This document shows positions 37,173 through 46,467 of a stretch of 64,000 bases of DNA, piece by piece. This DNA is from Aquabacterium sp. Its GTDB lineage: Bacteria > Pseudomonadota > Gammaproteobacteria > Burkholderiales > Burkholderiaceae_C. Within the stretch, counting starts at the first letter, position 1, and each line of letters opens with the position of its first letter. The notes beneath the pieces are model-generated. The model searched no databases. It was not told the origin of the DNA and was given only the letters and a program-made list of their open reading frames with translations. The stretch spans positions 21,653 to 85,652 of the forward strand of contig NZ_DASUIN010000026.1 in NCBI RefSeq assembly GCF_036273115.1, read 5' to 3'. The translations under genes were made by a program, and so were the position numbers.

Positions 37173-37843
37173 GTGGATGTGCTCGCTTCGCGCATCAGCA
37201 TGTATCCGACGCCCCGAATGGTTTGAATGCGTTGGCTGCCCAGCTTCTTGCGCAGGTGGTGAATGTGTACTTCGACGGCGTTGCTGTCGACTTCCTGCCC
37301 CCAGCTGTAGAGTTGTTGCTCGATCTGTTCGCGTGACAGGACCCGTCCGGCGCTCAGCATGAGGGTGTGCAGCAAATCGAATTCGCGAGGCGATAGCGTC
37401 ACCGGGGCGCCATCCAGGGTCACGGTTCGAGCGGCAGCATCCAGGCTCAGGTTCTGAATTCGCAGCTGTTCCTGAGGCTGCCCGTGGGCTCGTCTGATCT
37501 GGGCTCGCAGGCGTGCACCCAGCTCTTGCAGGTCTATGGGTTTGAGCAGGTAGTCGTCGGCACCCAGGTCGAGGCCACGCACCCGTTCCGAGATCGCATC
37601 GCGTGCGGTCAGCACAATGATGGGCAGGGTGTGACCTGCAGCTCGCACTTTGGCCAGCACATCCATGCCGTCCAGACGTGGGAGCCCGAGGTCCAGAACC
37701 GCTGCCGCATAGTCATGACTGCGCAGTTCGCGATCGGCGGCCACCCCGTCGCGCACCCAGTCGACCTGAAAACCCAGTTGGCGCAAACCCGCTTTCAGAC
37801 CGTCACCGAGAAGCGGGTCGTCTTCAGCCAGAAGGATGCGCAT
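37169..37843 (-). CDS. OmpR-family response regulator, QseB/PmrA(BasR) subfamily
   Basis: MRILLAEDD...LDLGLP..DG...ADDYL.KP receiver, and SNAVEVHIHHLRKKLG winged helix. ATGA overlap with the kinase gene. Confidence 0.95.
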   Translation of the reverse strand: MRILLAEDDPLLGDGLKAGLRQLGFQVDWVRDGVAADRELRSHDYAAAVLDLGLPRLDGMDVLAKVRAAGHTLPIIVLTARDAISERVRGLDLGADDYLLKPIDLQELGARLRAQIRRAHGQPQEQLRIQNLSLDAAARTVTLDGAPVTLSPREFDLLHTLMLSAGRVLSREQIEQQLYSWGQEVDSNAVEVHIHHLRKKLGSQRIQTIRGVGYMLMREASTST

Positions 37844-37868
37844 GATGTGGGGCTCCGATGGATCGCAA

Positions 37869-37891
37869 GGGGGAGAGACTAGTCTACCCCC
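37869..37891 (-). terminator. Weak hairpin after the second MCP gene
   Basis: GGGGG...AGACTAGTCT...CCCCC with an imperfect stem and only TT following. Located 41 nt past the MCP stop. Confidence 0.3.
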
Positions 37892-37931
37892 GGGGTCATG
37901 AAGCCGGCATCAATGCCGCATCACGGCAGCA

Positions 37932-39527
37932 TCAGGCCGTGCCAGCCTGCGTCGCCAGCGCATGGGACCGACGCAGATCGCGTGGCTTGCTGGCCGGAGT
38001 CGAGGCCAGCGTGCCATGCGCCCGACCGGTGCTGAGCTTGAAGAAGGTCATGGCTTGCTGCAACTGCTCAGCCTGGCCGCTCAGCTCTTCGGCTGTGGCA
38101 GCCAACTCTTCTGAGCTCGAAGCATTCTGTTGCGTGGTTTCACCCAGATGGGACACAGCGGAATTGATCTGTCCGACGCCTGACGATTGCTCTTCCGATG
38201 CGGTGGCAATTTCCTGAATCAGCTGGGCCGTGCGGCGAATGCTCGGCACCATGCGATCAAGCAATTCACCGGCGCGCTCGGCCTGCTGCACGCTGCTCTT
38301 GGCCACCTCGCCGATTTCCTGGGCTGCTTCCTGGCTGCGTTCGGCCAGTTTGCGAACCTCTTCAGCCACCACGGCGAAGCCCATGCCGTGCTCGCCTGCT
38401 CGGGCAGCTTCAATGGCGGCATTGAGTGCGAGCAAATTGGTCTGGTAGGCAATGTCGTCGATGATGCCGATCTTGTTGGCAATCTGCTTCATGGCGTCCA
38501 CGGTCGCCTTGACAGCTTCGCCCCCTTCGATCGAGTCAGTGGCGGCCTGATTGGCCATGTTCTCGGTCAGGCGGGCGTTCTGCGAGTTCTGCTCGATCGA
38601 GGCCGCCATTTCTTCCATGGACGCGCCACACTCTTCCACGCCCGAGGCCTGCTCGCTTGCGGCCTGAGACAGGCCCTGCGCTGTGGCACTGACCTCTTCG
38701 GAGGCGTTGGCCAGCGACTGGGCGTTCATGTTCACCTCGGACACGATGGCCGACAATTTGTGAACCATGTTGCGCATGGCCTGCAGCATTTGGCCGGTCT
38801 CGTCGGTGCTGTGGACCACCACCTCGACACCCAGGTCTCCATCAGCCAGACGGTTGGCCACCGTGACGGCCTGGCTGAGCGGGCGGGTGATGCTGAGAAT
38901 GACCCAGAAGGCCGTGCCAATGGCCAGCATGATGGCGCACAAGGTCAGCCCCATCATGGTCTGGCGGGCGGCATCGTAATGGGTTTGCGCGTCTTCGCTG
39001 GCTTGGGTCATGAGCTCGCCCTGGAAATCGACCAGGCTTTGCACATTGGCGTTATAGGCCTTCAACACCGGCTGCAGTTCGGTCAGCAGGTAGCGGCCAG
39101 CCTCTTGCCGCTTGCCTTCATGCACCAGTTGAAGCACGCGGTTCTGTCCGGCGATGAAGGCCGAACGCGTGTCCTTGATGCTCTGCAAGATGGCTTTGCC
39201 TTTTTCGAGCTTGATCAGGGGTTCGATGGCGGTGAGACTTTCGCCAATTCGCTTGCGTGCTTCCAGGATGCGGTCTTCTTCCTCTTTGGCTTGTTCCTGT
39301 GTTTCGCTGAGGATGGCATTGCGCATGTAGCGTGCAATGTGGTTGACCTCCTGATCAATGCGTGTGGCCAGGACCACCTTGGCGTAGCGGTCTTTGACCA
39401 TGAGGTTCATTTCGTGATTCATCCGGGCCATGCCAGACAGGCCCAGATAAGCCACTGCCAGCAGCAGCACGACCAGCAAACCAAAGCCCAGAGACAGGCG
39501 CTGCGAGATCTTCAAATTTTTGAACAC
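37932..39527 (-). CDS. Methyl-accepting chemotaxis protein (4HB_MCP sensor, HAMP, MA domain)
   Basis: GTG start with GGGAG 7 nt upstream. [40 protein letters not shown] signalling hairpin. Confidence 0.95.
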   Translation of the reverse strand: MFKNLKISQRLSLGFGLLVVLLLAVAYLGLSGMARMNHEMNLMVKDRYAKVVLATRIDQEVNHIARYMRNAILSETQEQAKEEEDRILEARKRIGESLTAIEPLIKLEKGKAILQSIKDTRSAFIAGQNRVLQLVHEGKRQEAGRYLLTELQPVLKAYNANVQSLVDFQGELMTQASEDAQTHYDAARQTMMGLTLCAIMLAIGTAFWVILSITRPLSQAVTVANRLADGDLGVEVVVHSTDETGQMLQAMRNMVHKLSAIVSEVNMNAQSLANASEEVSATAQGLSQAASEQASGVEECGASMEEMAASIEQNSQNARLTENMANQAATDSIEGGEAVKATVDAMKQIANKIGIIDDIAYQTNLLALNAAIEAARAGEHGMGFAVVAEEVRKLAERSQEAAQEIGEVAKSSVQQAERAGELLDRMVPSIRRTAQLIQEIATASEEQSSGVGQINSAVSHLGETTQQNASSSEELAATAEELSGQAEQLQQAMTFFKLSTGRAHGTLASTPASKPRDLRRSHALATQAGTA

Positions 39528-39561
39528 GTAGACTCCCAGGCAAAATTCGAACGTGCTGGGG

Positions 39562-39588
39562 ATATCGTCTCGAAGTCCGCTGGATGGA
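39562..39588 (-). promoter_or_regulatory. Candidate sigma-28 (FliA)-like promoter of the second MCP gene
   Basis: The minus strand reads TCCA-N15-GACGATAT. The -10 element ends exactly 34 nt before the GTG start, the same geometry as at 5670-5696. Confidence 0.35.
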
Positions 39589-39803
39589 CCGTCTCACCGT
39601 GAAAAATGCGCTTCTTTGGTGCATTTCAGCGCCAATTGATCTGAAGCAAGGAACAAAAACTGAAGCGGTTCAGGTGTGACGTAATTCGCTTGTCAGGGTC
39701 GCCTGATTGGGTTGTCGGTTGTGCGGGTGGGGGTACAGGGAAGCGCTGTCCCCCAAAGCCTCTGAAGCCTGAGCAATGGCCCCCCTGCGGTGGGGCGTGG
39801 GCC

Positions 39804-40805
39804 TTAACCCAGCACCCGTTGCGCCACCTGGGTGTAGAGCCCAATACCCAGCAGGATGTTGAAGGGGAAGGTCAGCCCCAACGACAAGCTGAAGTACAGC
39901 GTGGGGTTGGCTTCGGGAATAGCGTGACGCACCACCGCTGGTACGGCAATGTAGGAGGCGCTGGCGGCCAGCGTCATCAGCAAGATGGTGTTGCCGGTTG
40001 ACGCGCCGATCAGGCAGGCCAAGCCCAAGGCCAGCGTGGCGTGAATCAATGGCGCGCCCAGGGCATAGAGCAACAGCCAGGGCGACTGGCCTTTGAGGCC
40101 ACCCATATTGCGGGCGGCGAGCAAGCCCATGTCGAGCAGGAAAAACGCCAGCATGCCTTTGAAGAGGTCGCCTGCGAAGGGCTGCATGGCCTTCTGGCCG
40201 GCCGCGCCACTGATGATGCCGATGACCATGGCACCCAGCAGCAACAGTTGTGCGCCATCGGTCAGAGACTCATGCAACACATGGCGCAGCGAGGGGCGCG
40301 TGGCGGGGCCATGAGCCAGCCCGGTGGTGGCGGGCGCCTGCTGCGGTGCGGCTTGCTGGCGAATCCAGTTCGACAACAAGATCGCAATGAGGATGGCCGG
40401 AGATTCCATCAAAGCCATGGCCGCGGCCATGTGGCCTCCAAACGGAATGCCCCGGTTGTCGAGATACTGGGTTGCGGTGATGAAGGTCACCGCACTGACC
40501 GAGCCGTAGGTGGCAGCAATCGCGGCCGCATCAAACGCGCTGACCAGGCGACGGAGCACCCAGTAAGCCAGCAGTGGCACCAGCAAGGCCAGCAGCAAGG
40601 CCAGCCCGAGCGTGGCGCTGACTTCCTGCGTCAGACCGGACTTGGCCAGCGCGAAGCCGCCCTTGAGGCCCAGGGCCATCAGCAGATAGAGGGAGAGGAA
40701 GCGGGAGATCGGTGCTGGAATTTCCAGGTTCGAGCGCATGAGGCCGGCGGCCATGCCAAAGACAAAAAACAGAATCGCGGGATCGAGAAACGCTTGGAAC
40801 GACAT
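39804..40805 (-). CDS. Sodium-dependent bicarbonate transporter-family permease (SbtA-like, DUF897)
   Basis: MSFQAFLDPAILFFVFGMAAG...LGLKGG motif. The start is trimmed to the ATG at 40805. Confidence 0.8.
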   Translation of the reverse strand: MSFQAFLDPAILFFVFGMAAGLMRSNLEIPAPISRFLSLYLLMALGLKGGFALAKSGLTQEVSATLGLALLLALLVPLLAYWVLRRLVSAFDAAAIAATYGSVSAVTFITATQYLDNRGIPFGGHMAAAMALMESPAILIAILLSNWIRQQAAPQQAPATTGLAHGPATRPSLRHVLHESLTDGAQLLLLGAMVIGIISGAAGQKAMQPFAGDLFKGMLAFFLLDMGLLAARNMGGLKGQSPWLLLYALGAPLIHATLALGLACLIGASTGNTILLMTLAASASYIAVPAVVRHAIPEANPTLYFSLSLGLTFPFNILLGIGLYTQVAQRVLG

Positions 40806-40900
40806 GCAACACAACCAGACAAGCACACAGGGCGAGACTTTGGCTTTGAAATTGCATGCTGTAAAGTGATATGTTCTGATGTAATTGATCAAATAAATTG

Positions 40901-41854
40901 ATGAATGAGTTGCCCGCCCCCATTGGCTTGGATCGCGTGCCTCGTGCCACACTGATCCAGCTGCGCAGCTTCGAGGCGGTCGCTCGCCTGGGCGGCGTCG
41001 GGCGGGCGGCCAAGGCCTTGCACCTGGCGCAATCCACCGTGTCGATGCAGCTCAAGGAGTTGACCGAGGCAGTGGGCGTGCCCTTGTTCGAGCCGCTGGG
41101 GCGCGGGCTCATCCTCACTCAGCATGGCGAGGTGTTGCTGCAAACGGTGCGAGATCTGTTTGCGGTGTGGCAGCGCTTCGAAGATCAGACGGCAGAACTG
41201 CAGGGACTCAAGCGCGGTCGGCTTCGCATCGCAGCCGTGACCACCACCGAATACTTTCTGCCTGATCTGCTGGGCCCCTTCGCGCGCGAGCATCCGGGCA
41301 TTGACATCGAGCTGACCGTGCAGAACCGAGATGCCGTGGTCGCCCGACTGGAGCGCGGTGAAGACGAACTCGCCGCCATGATGTTGCCGCCAACGCATTT
41401 GCCGCTCAACCGCTGGCCCTTTCTTGAAAACCCGCTGGTGGTGATTGCCCCCGCCGCTCATCCGCTGACGCAACGCAAGCGCCTGAAGCTGTCTCAGTTG
41501 GTCGACCAGCCGCTGTTGGTGCGCGAGGCCGGGTCCGGAACCCGCCTGGCTACCGAGCAGTTCCTCGCCGAGCACGGCGTACAGTGGAGCCCGCGCATGG
41601 CTTTGGGGAGCAACGAAGCCATCAAGCACGCGGTGCGGGCAGGGCTAGGCCTGGCTGTGCTGTCGCGGCATACCTTGTCGGCCGATTTGTCTGGCACCGG
41701 CGTGACGGTGTTGCCCGTAGCGGGGTTCCCGATTCGACGCATGTGGCATCTGGTCTGGCGCAAAGACCGCCCGTTGTCCTTGGCTGCGCGAACCTTGCTG
41801 CAGGATCTGCGGCGCCATCTCGGGGTTCGCACGCCGCTGTCTTCTCCATCTTGA
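40901..41854 (+). CDS. LysR-family transcriptional regulator
   Basis: HTH LRSFEAVARLGGVGRAAKALHLAQSTVSMQLKEL. Divergent from the permease gene across an AT-rich 95-nt spacer. Confidence 0.9.
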   Translation: MNELPAPIGLDRVPRATLIQLRSFEAVARLGGVGRAAKALHLAQSTVSMQLKELTEAVGVPLFEPLGRGLILTQHGEVLLQTVRDLFAVWQRFEDQTAELQGLKRGRLRIAAVTTTEYFLPDLLGPFAREHPGIDIELTVQNRDAVVARLERGEDELAAMMLPPTHLPLNRWPFLENPLVVIAPAAHPLTQRKRLKLSQLVDQPLLVREAGSGTRLATEQFLAEHGVQWSPRMALGSNEAIKHAVRAGLGLAVLSRHTLSADLSGTGVTVLPVAGFPIRRMWHLVWRKDRPLSLAARTLLQDLRRHLGVRTPLSSPS

Positions 41855-41867
41855 TCAAGAGGTTCTC

Positions 41868-42653
41868 ATGCCCCTGTCTCCACAAGAGATCGCCTCAGCG
41901 GCCGCAATTCTGAGCCAGCGCCGCCTGGCCGGTACACAAGGCCCTGTGCTTGCGGCCGCATGTCGGCCGCAGACCCTGGATGAGGCCTGGGCCATCCAGC
42001 AGGCGGTCGCCAGCCAAATGAACGAGTTGGGCGATGCGGTAGGCGCCTGGAAATGCGGGACCCCGGCACCTGATCGACTGGTGGCAGCGCCCATCTATGC
42101 CAGTACCGTTCACAACGAGCCCGTGTGCCCGGTGTGGGCTCACGAGGGGCGGTGTCGGGTGGAGCCCGAGTTGGCTTTTGTGCTGCGGCACGATCTGCCT
42201 TCTCGTGTGCAACCCTACGGGCGTGCCGAGGTCGAGTCGGCCCTGGGACGAGCCCATGTGGCACTGGAATTGATTGACAGCCGCTATGAGGCGTCGGCCC
42301 CTCTCACCTTTGCCGACAAGCTGGCCGATGGCTTGGTCAATCAAGGTTTGTGGATCGGGCCAGAAGTCCCTTTGCCGCAGGCGCTGGGCAGCAGTCACAT
42401 GCGCGTGCGCTGGTGCAGCGAGCACACGTCATGGCAGCAACTGGATGGCGTGCATCCCGATCAGGATCCACTGGCCCCCCTGGTGTGGCTGGTCAATCAT
42501 CTGAGCCAATGCGGAATCGGGCTGGCCGCCGGTGTTCCGGTCATCACGGGTTCGTATGCAGGCACAATCGCGTGCCCTGTTGAGGAAACCCTCCGCTTTG
42601 GTTTTGGCGATGGGGTAGAGGTGTCGTTGCGGTTGATCGCACGCGCCCGCTGA
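41868..42653 (+). CDS. 2-keto-4-pentenoate hydratase-like (FAH/MhpD family) protein
   Basis: AW.IQ.AV...G..VGAWKCG and ...GL.AG..V.TGS layout, typical of MhpD-type hydratases/decarboxylases. Confidence 0.75.
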   Translation: MPLSPQEIASAAAILSQRRLAGTQGPVLAAACRPQTLDEAWAIQQAVASQMNELGDAVGAWKCGTPAPDRLVAAPIYASTVHNEPVCPVWAHEGRCRVEPELAFVLRHDLPSRVQPYGRAEVESALGRAHVALELIDSRYEASAPLTFADKLADGLVNQGLWIGPEVPLPQALGSSHMRVRWCSEHTSWQQLDGVHPDQDPLAPLVWLVNHLSQCGIGLAAGVPVITGSYAGTIACPVEETLRFGFGDGVEVSLRLIARAR

Positions 42654-42675
42654 TGTGTATTTTGTGGAGTCAAGC

Positions 42676-43254
42676 GTGGAATCTTTTCTGATCTCGACCG
42701 GGGTGGTGGCCCTGGGGGAAATGGGTGACAAGACCCAGTTGCTGGCCTTGCTGCTTGCAACCCGGTTCAAGCGTCCGGTGCCCATCATTCTGGGCATCTT
42801 GGTGGCCACGCTGGCTAACCACGCCTTCGCCGGCGCGGTGGGCAACTGGATCGCCAGCGCCTTGGGGCCGAACTGGCTGCGCTGGATCGTCGGGGTGTCT
42901 TTCCTCGGGATGGCAGTCTGGACCCTGATTCCTGACGAAATCGAAGACGACCTCGAGACTGGCAAGCATGTGCTGGGCGTGTTTGGCACCACAGCGATTG
43001 CCTTCTTTCTGGCGGAGATGGGCGATAAGACTCAATTGGTGACGGTGGCGCTGGCGGCTCGCTATCAGGATCTGATCCATGTGGTCGCTGGCACCACGCT
43101 GGGCATGATGATCGCTGACGTGCCTGCCGTTTTTGTCGGCGATTGGTTGGTTCGCAAGGTGTCGCTTAAGATTGTGCACACCGTTGCCGCGATCATCTTT
43201 GCCATCATGGGTGTGCTGGCTTTGCTGAATGTGGGGCAGGCCTTCGGCGCCTGA
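42676..43254 (+). CDS. TMEM165/GDT1 (UPF0016) family cation (Mn/Ca) transporter
   Basis: Two E-x-GDKTQ motifs (GEMGDKTQL, AEMGDKTQL). GTG at 42676 with GGAG 6 nt upstream. Confidence 0.85.
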   Translation: MESFLISTGVVALGEMGDKTQLLALLLATRFKRPVPIILGILVATLANHAFAGAVGNWIASALGPNWLRWIVGVSFLGMAVWTLIPDEIEDDLETGKHVLGVFGTTAIAFFLAEMGDKTQLVTVALAARYQDLIHVVAGTTLGMMIADVPAVFVGDWLVRKVSLKIVHTVAAIIFAIMGVLALLNVGQAFGA

Positions 43255-43272
43255 TCCATCCTGAAGGGCTGA

Positions 43273-44388
43273 TTGCGCATGAGTACCGCTGACGCGTTCG
43301 ACGACGATCCACACGAAGAGTTGGGCGTCAGCGTGGGGGCCAGTCTGGCCGAGATCAAGAAGGCTTATCGTCGTCTGGCGGCGCGCTGGCACCCTGATCG
43401 CAACGATGACCCGCAGGCGGTGTGGCGCATGCAGCGCATCAATGCGGCGTACCGGCAGCTGTGCGATTGGCTCAGCACCGGAGAGTCTGGCACGCAAGAA
43501 ACTCATCGAAAGGCCCCACCCGAGTCACAGGCAGAGCCGCCACCCGACGCCGACGAGCCGCCTGCCCGGCGCAAGCGAGCCTGGTGGGAGCGCGATTGGG
43601 GCGCGCCCCGCTGGCAGGCCGATGGCGTCGTCTCGCCTCAGGTCATTCGATCGCAGGCCCATGTCGATCTGGAAGATGCAGCCGCTGGTTGCACCCATGT
43701 TCTGAAGGGGGTGGTCCAGGATCTGTGTGGCGAGTGTCTGGGTGTCGGGCGTCTGGTTTCGCCCAATGCCCATTGCTCACACTGTGATGGTGAGGGGCGC
43801 ATTCGATCTGCGTCCGGTCGCTGGACGCGTTGCATGCATTGCATGGGCGATGGGCAGGCTCGAAAAGTCTGTCCAGCATGTGATGGTTCAGGCCTGGAGG
43901 CGAGCGTACGGACCTACCACTTCGAAGTCAGGTTGCCTGCCGGTGTGGCAGATGGACAGATCGTGAAGTTACGTGCTCAGGGGCAACGGTGTGGCCATGA
44001 GGCGGGCGACATCGATGTGCAGGTCCACATTCGGCCTCACCCCATTTTCAGTTGGAACGAACGTCAGGAGCTGGCGTGCACCGTGCCCATCGATGTGTTC
44101 AGCCTGTGGTTGGGTGACCCGGTCGAAGTGCCCACCTTGGATGGGCATCGGGTGCGTCTTCGTCTGTCAGATGGCCTCGATCAGGTCCTGGATGGCTTGG
44201 GCTATCCCAATCGGCAGGGGCGGCCTGGGCCGCTGCATGTGCATTTTGAAACTGTCACGCCGCAGCGCTGGACGGCCGAGCAACGCGTTTGGTTGAGCCA
44301 GCTGGCGCGCTCGGTTCAATCAGATGAACGCAGCAGCGCTGAGCTGGCTCAGTGGCAGAAGAAGCTCAGGCAGCAGGCGTCGCGTTGA
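43273..44388 (+). CDS. DnaJ-like co-chaperone: J domain, Pro/acidic linker in place of a G/F region, CxxCxGxG zinc finger, C-terminal domain
   Basis: J-domain KKAYRRLAARWHPDRN. Four Cys pairs (CGECLGVG, CSHCDGEG, CMHCMGDG, CPACDGSG). Confidence 0.85.
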   Translation: MRMSTADAFDDDPHEELGVSVGASLAEIKKAYRRLAARWHPDRNDDPQAVWRMQRINAAYRQLCDWLSTGESGTQETHRKAPPESQAEPPPDADEPPARRKRAWWERDWGAPRWQADGVVSPQVIRSQAHVDLEDAAAGCTHVLKGVVQDLCGECLGVGRLVSPNAHCSHCDGEGRIRSASGRWTRCMHCMGDGQARKVCPACDGSGLEASVRTYHFEVRLPAGVADGQIVKLRAQGQRCGHEAGDIDVQVHIRPHPIFSWNERQELACTVPIDVFSLWLGDPVEVPTLDGHRVRLRLSDGLDQVLDGLGYPNRQGRPGPLHVHFETVTPQRWTAEQRVWLSQLARSVQSDERSSAELAQWQKKLRQQASR

Positions 44389-45298
44389 ACTGGCCCGTGA
44401 GCAATTCACCCAAACGGTCAACGCCCATGCGGAAGCCGCAGGCCTGAGGGTGCCCGCCGCCGCCCATGGCTTCAGCCAGAGGGATGGCATTGAACGTGCG
44501 CACGGCGCGCAAGCTGACCTTAACGATGTTGTCTTTCGACACCGTCCACAGCAGAGCGAAGCTGCCGCACTGCGCCGCCAGAATGTTGCCCACTTCACTG
44601 GTGAACACACCGGGGCAGTTCACCATCAGCCCGCTCTGTCCGTTGAAGGTGATCGGCGCGGCACTGTCCGCAATGTCTTTCGCCAGTGACAGGAACTTCT
44701 CGTTCATGGCCTTGCCGCGTTCGCTGAACTCGGCAATCTGGGCCGGGGTGAAATCGGCAATTTCAGACCAGCGTGGAAATTCGTTGGGCTCCATGTCCAG
44801 CGCGGCCAGGAAGGCCGGGCTCTCCGGGTAGGCCCAGGTCCACAGATCACGGTCTTGCACATAGCGCACCAGGGCCGGGGCTTCCTGCTCGGGGAAGAAA
44901 AATTTCCAGGCCAGCATGGCACCAGACTGACTCATGTCGAAGTGCACAGCACCACAGCGGCAGCGGAAACCGTTGAGCTTGTCGGCGGCGCTCTGGTGGT
45001 GGTCCAGCATCACCAATTGGCGAGCCTGCTCGTCCAGGGCCGACATCAACTCGGTGTCAAACGAAAAGTCGAGGATGTAGACCGCGCGGCCAGCCAGTTC
45101 AGGCAGATCGGCCAGCGTGGTGCCCTTGCTGTGGCTCAGACCCAGGTACTCGCCCCGGCCGCCAAAAAAGCGCCAGGCCGCCATGGCGGCCGCAAAACCA
45201 TCGGGGCACTTGCCGTGATACAGCACAAGTGGATTGGGTTCATTCGGGTCCGGGCGAATGGCCAGGCCCGGCAGGCTGGTGAAAAGTCCGTTTGCCAT
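44366..45298 (-). CDS. DHH-family phosphoesterase (DHH/DHHA1)
   Basis: LYHGKCPDGFAAA, ILDFS, and LDHHQS motifs. The start is trimmed to the ATG at 45298. Confidence 0.8.
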   Translation of the reverse strand: MANGLFTSLPGLAIRPDPNEPNPLVLYHGKCPDGFAAAMAAWRFFGGRGEYLGLSHSKGTTLADLPELAGRAVYILDFSFDTELMSALDEQARQLVMLDHHQSAADKLNGFRCRCGAVHFDMSQSGAMLAWKFFFPEQEAPALVRYVQDRDLWTWAYPESPAFLAALDMEPNEFPRWSEIADFTPAQIAEFSERGKAMNEKFLSLAKDIADSAAPITFNGQSGLMVNCPGVFTSEVGNILAAQCGSFALLWTVSKDNIVKVSLRAVRTFNAIPLAEAMGGGGHPQACGFRMGVDRLGELLTGQFNATPAA

Positions 45299-45410
45299 GG
45301 TGGGTTCAAAGCTAAAGGACAGCAGTGTAGGGCGATCAGGTGTCAATCGTCTGAAGATCAGTACTACCCCGTAGACGAAGGGGCGCCAAACGCTTCGCGT
45401 TAACCCTGGC

Positions 45411-45449
45411 TTTGCATGCGCAAGCAATCGGTTTGCATGCTCGCGCAAG
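45411..45449. promoter_or_regulatory. Two copies of TTTGCATGC...GCAAG spaced 21 bp apart upstream of lipase 2
   Basis: TTTGCATGCGCAAG (45411-45424) and TTTGCATGCtcgcGCAAG (45432-45449), about 95-130 nt upstream of the ATG at 45542. Confidence 0.4.
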
Positions 45450-45541
45450 AAATTTCGAAGGGCATTTTCAACAATGACCAGGCACCTGATTCAGGCTCAA
45501 GGTGCAGCGAGCCTCTCATTCGACAAGCAACAGGACAAGAC

Positions 45542-46465
45542 ATGACATCCCTCAAGACTCTGGTGATCGCTTCGGCTGTGGCCCTGGCTGGTGGTTCGGT
45601 TCAGGCTGCAGGCACTTATGCTGCAACCAAGTACCCCTTTGTGATGGCGCACGGCGCCGCCGGCTTCGACAAGATCGGCCCCATCGACTACTGGTATGGC
45701 ATCACCACCGATCTGCGCAACAACGGTGCCAAGGTCTACACCACATCCATGTCGGCCATGAACTCCAGCGATGTGCGCAACGAGCAGTTCCTCAATGATT
45801 TCAAGCAAATCATGGCCATTTCTGGTGCCGCCAAGTACAACCTCATGGGGCATAGCCATGGTGCACACTCGATTCGCTATGTCGCAGCCATCATGCCCGA
45901 CAAGGTGGCTTCGGTAACCACGGTCGACGGTGTCAACGCAGGCACGCCCGTGGCCGACGTGGTGGCCGGCCTGACCAACATCCTGGGCCCATCCGGTACG
46001 GCTGTGGTGGCGGCGCTGGTCAATGGTCTGGGCAAGATCGAAGCCTATCTGTCGGGCAACCCCAGCCTGCCGCAAGACTCCTACGCCATGCTGAACTCGC
46101 TGACCACCCCCGCCATGAATGCGTACAACAAGAAGTACCCAGCTGGCGTGCCCAGCACGGCTTGCGGCCAGGGTGCAGGCGTGGTCAATGGTGTGCGCTA
46201 CTACTCGTGGGGCGGCGCTTCGGTGTTGACCAATCCGCTCGATCCGCTTGATCTGTTTGTGGGCGCGACATCGGTGGCCTTCCTGGGTTCGGCCAACGAC
46301 GGCTTGGTGGGGAAGTGCGCTCAGCACCTGGGTACCGTCATTCGTGACGACTACAACATGAACCACTTCGACGCCGTGAATCAGGCCTTGGGCATTCGTG
46401 GGTTCTTCGATCCGGTGCCACTGTATCGTCAACACGCCAACCGCCTGAAGCTGGCAGGAGTCTGA
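45542..46465 (+). CDS. lipA: Secreted triacylglycerol lipase, family I.1/I.2, copy 2
   Basis: Signal peptide. YPFVMAHG, GHSHGA, NDGLV, MNHFDAVNQ, two Cys, C-terminal [13 protein letters not shown]. Confidence 0.95.
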   Translation: MTSLKTLVIASAVALAGGSVQAAGTYAATKYPFVMAHGAAGFDKIGPIDYWYGITTDLRNNGAKVYTTSMSAMNSSDVRNEQFLNDFKQIMAISGAAKYNLMGHSHGAHSIRYVAAIMPDKVASVTTVDGVNAGTPVADVVAGLTNILGPSGTAVVAALVNGLGKIEAYLSGNPSLPQDSYAMLNSLTTPAMNAYNKKYPAGVPSTACGQGAGVVNGVRYYSWGGASVLTNPLDPLDLFVGATSVAFLGSANDGLVGKCAQHLGTVIRDDYNMNHFDAVNQALGIRGFFDPVPLYRQHANRLKLAGV

Positions 46466-46467
46466 AG

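Noticed and set aside
38187-39602. 471-aa plus-strand ORF opposite the second MCP
   Set aside because: It is the shadow of a gene containing the near-invariant MCP signalling hairpin.
39728-39803. GC-rich hairpins after the SbtA-like gene as an intrinsic terminator
   Set aside because: Two imperfect stems exist (GCCCC..GGGGGC and GGGGGACAG..CTGTaCCCCC on the minus strand), but neither is followed by a T tract. The function cannot be supported from sequence alone.
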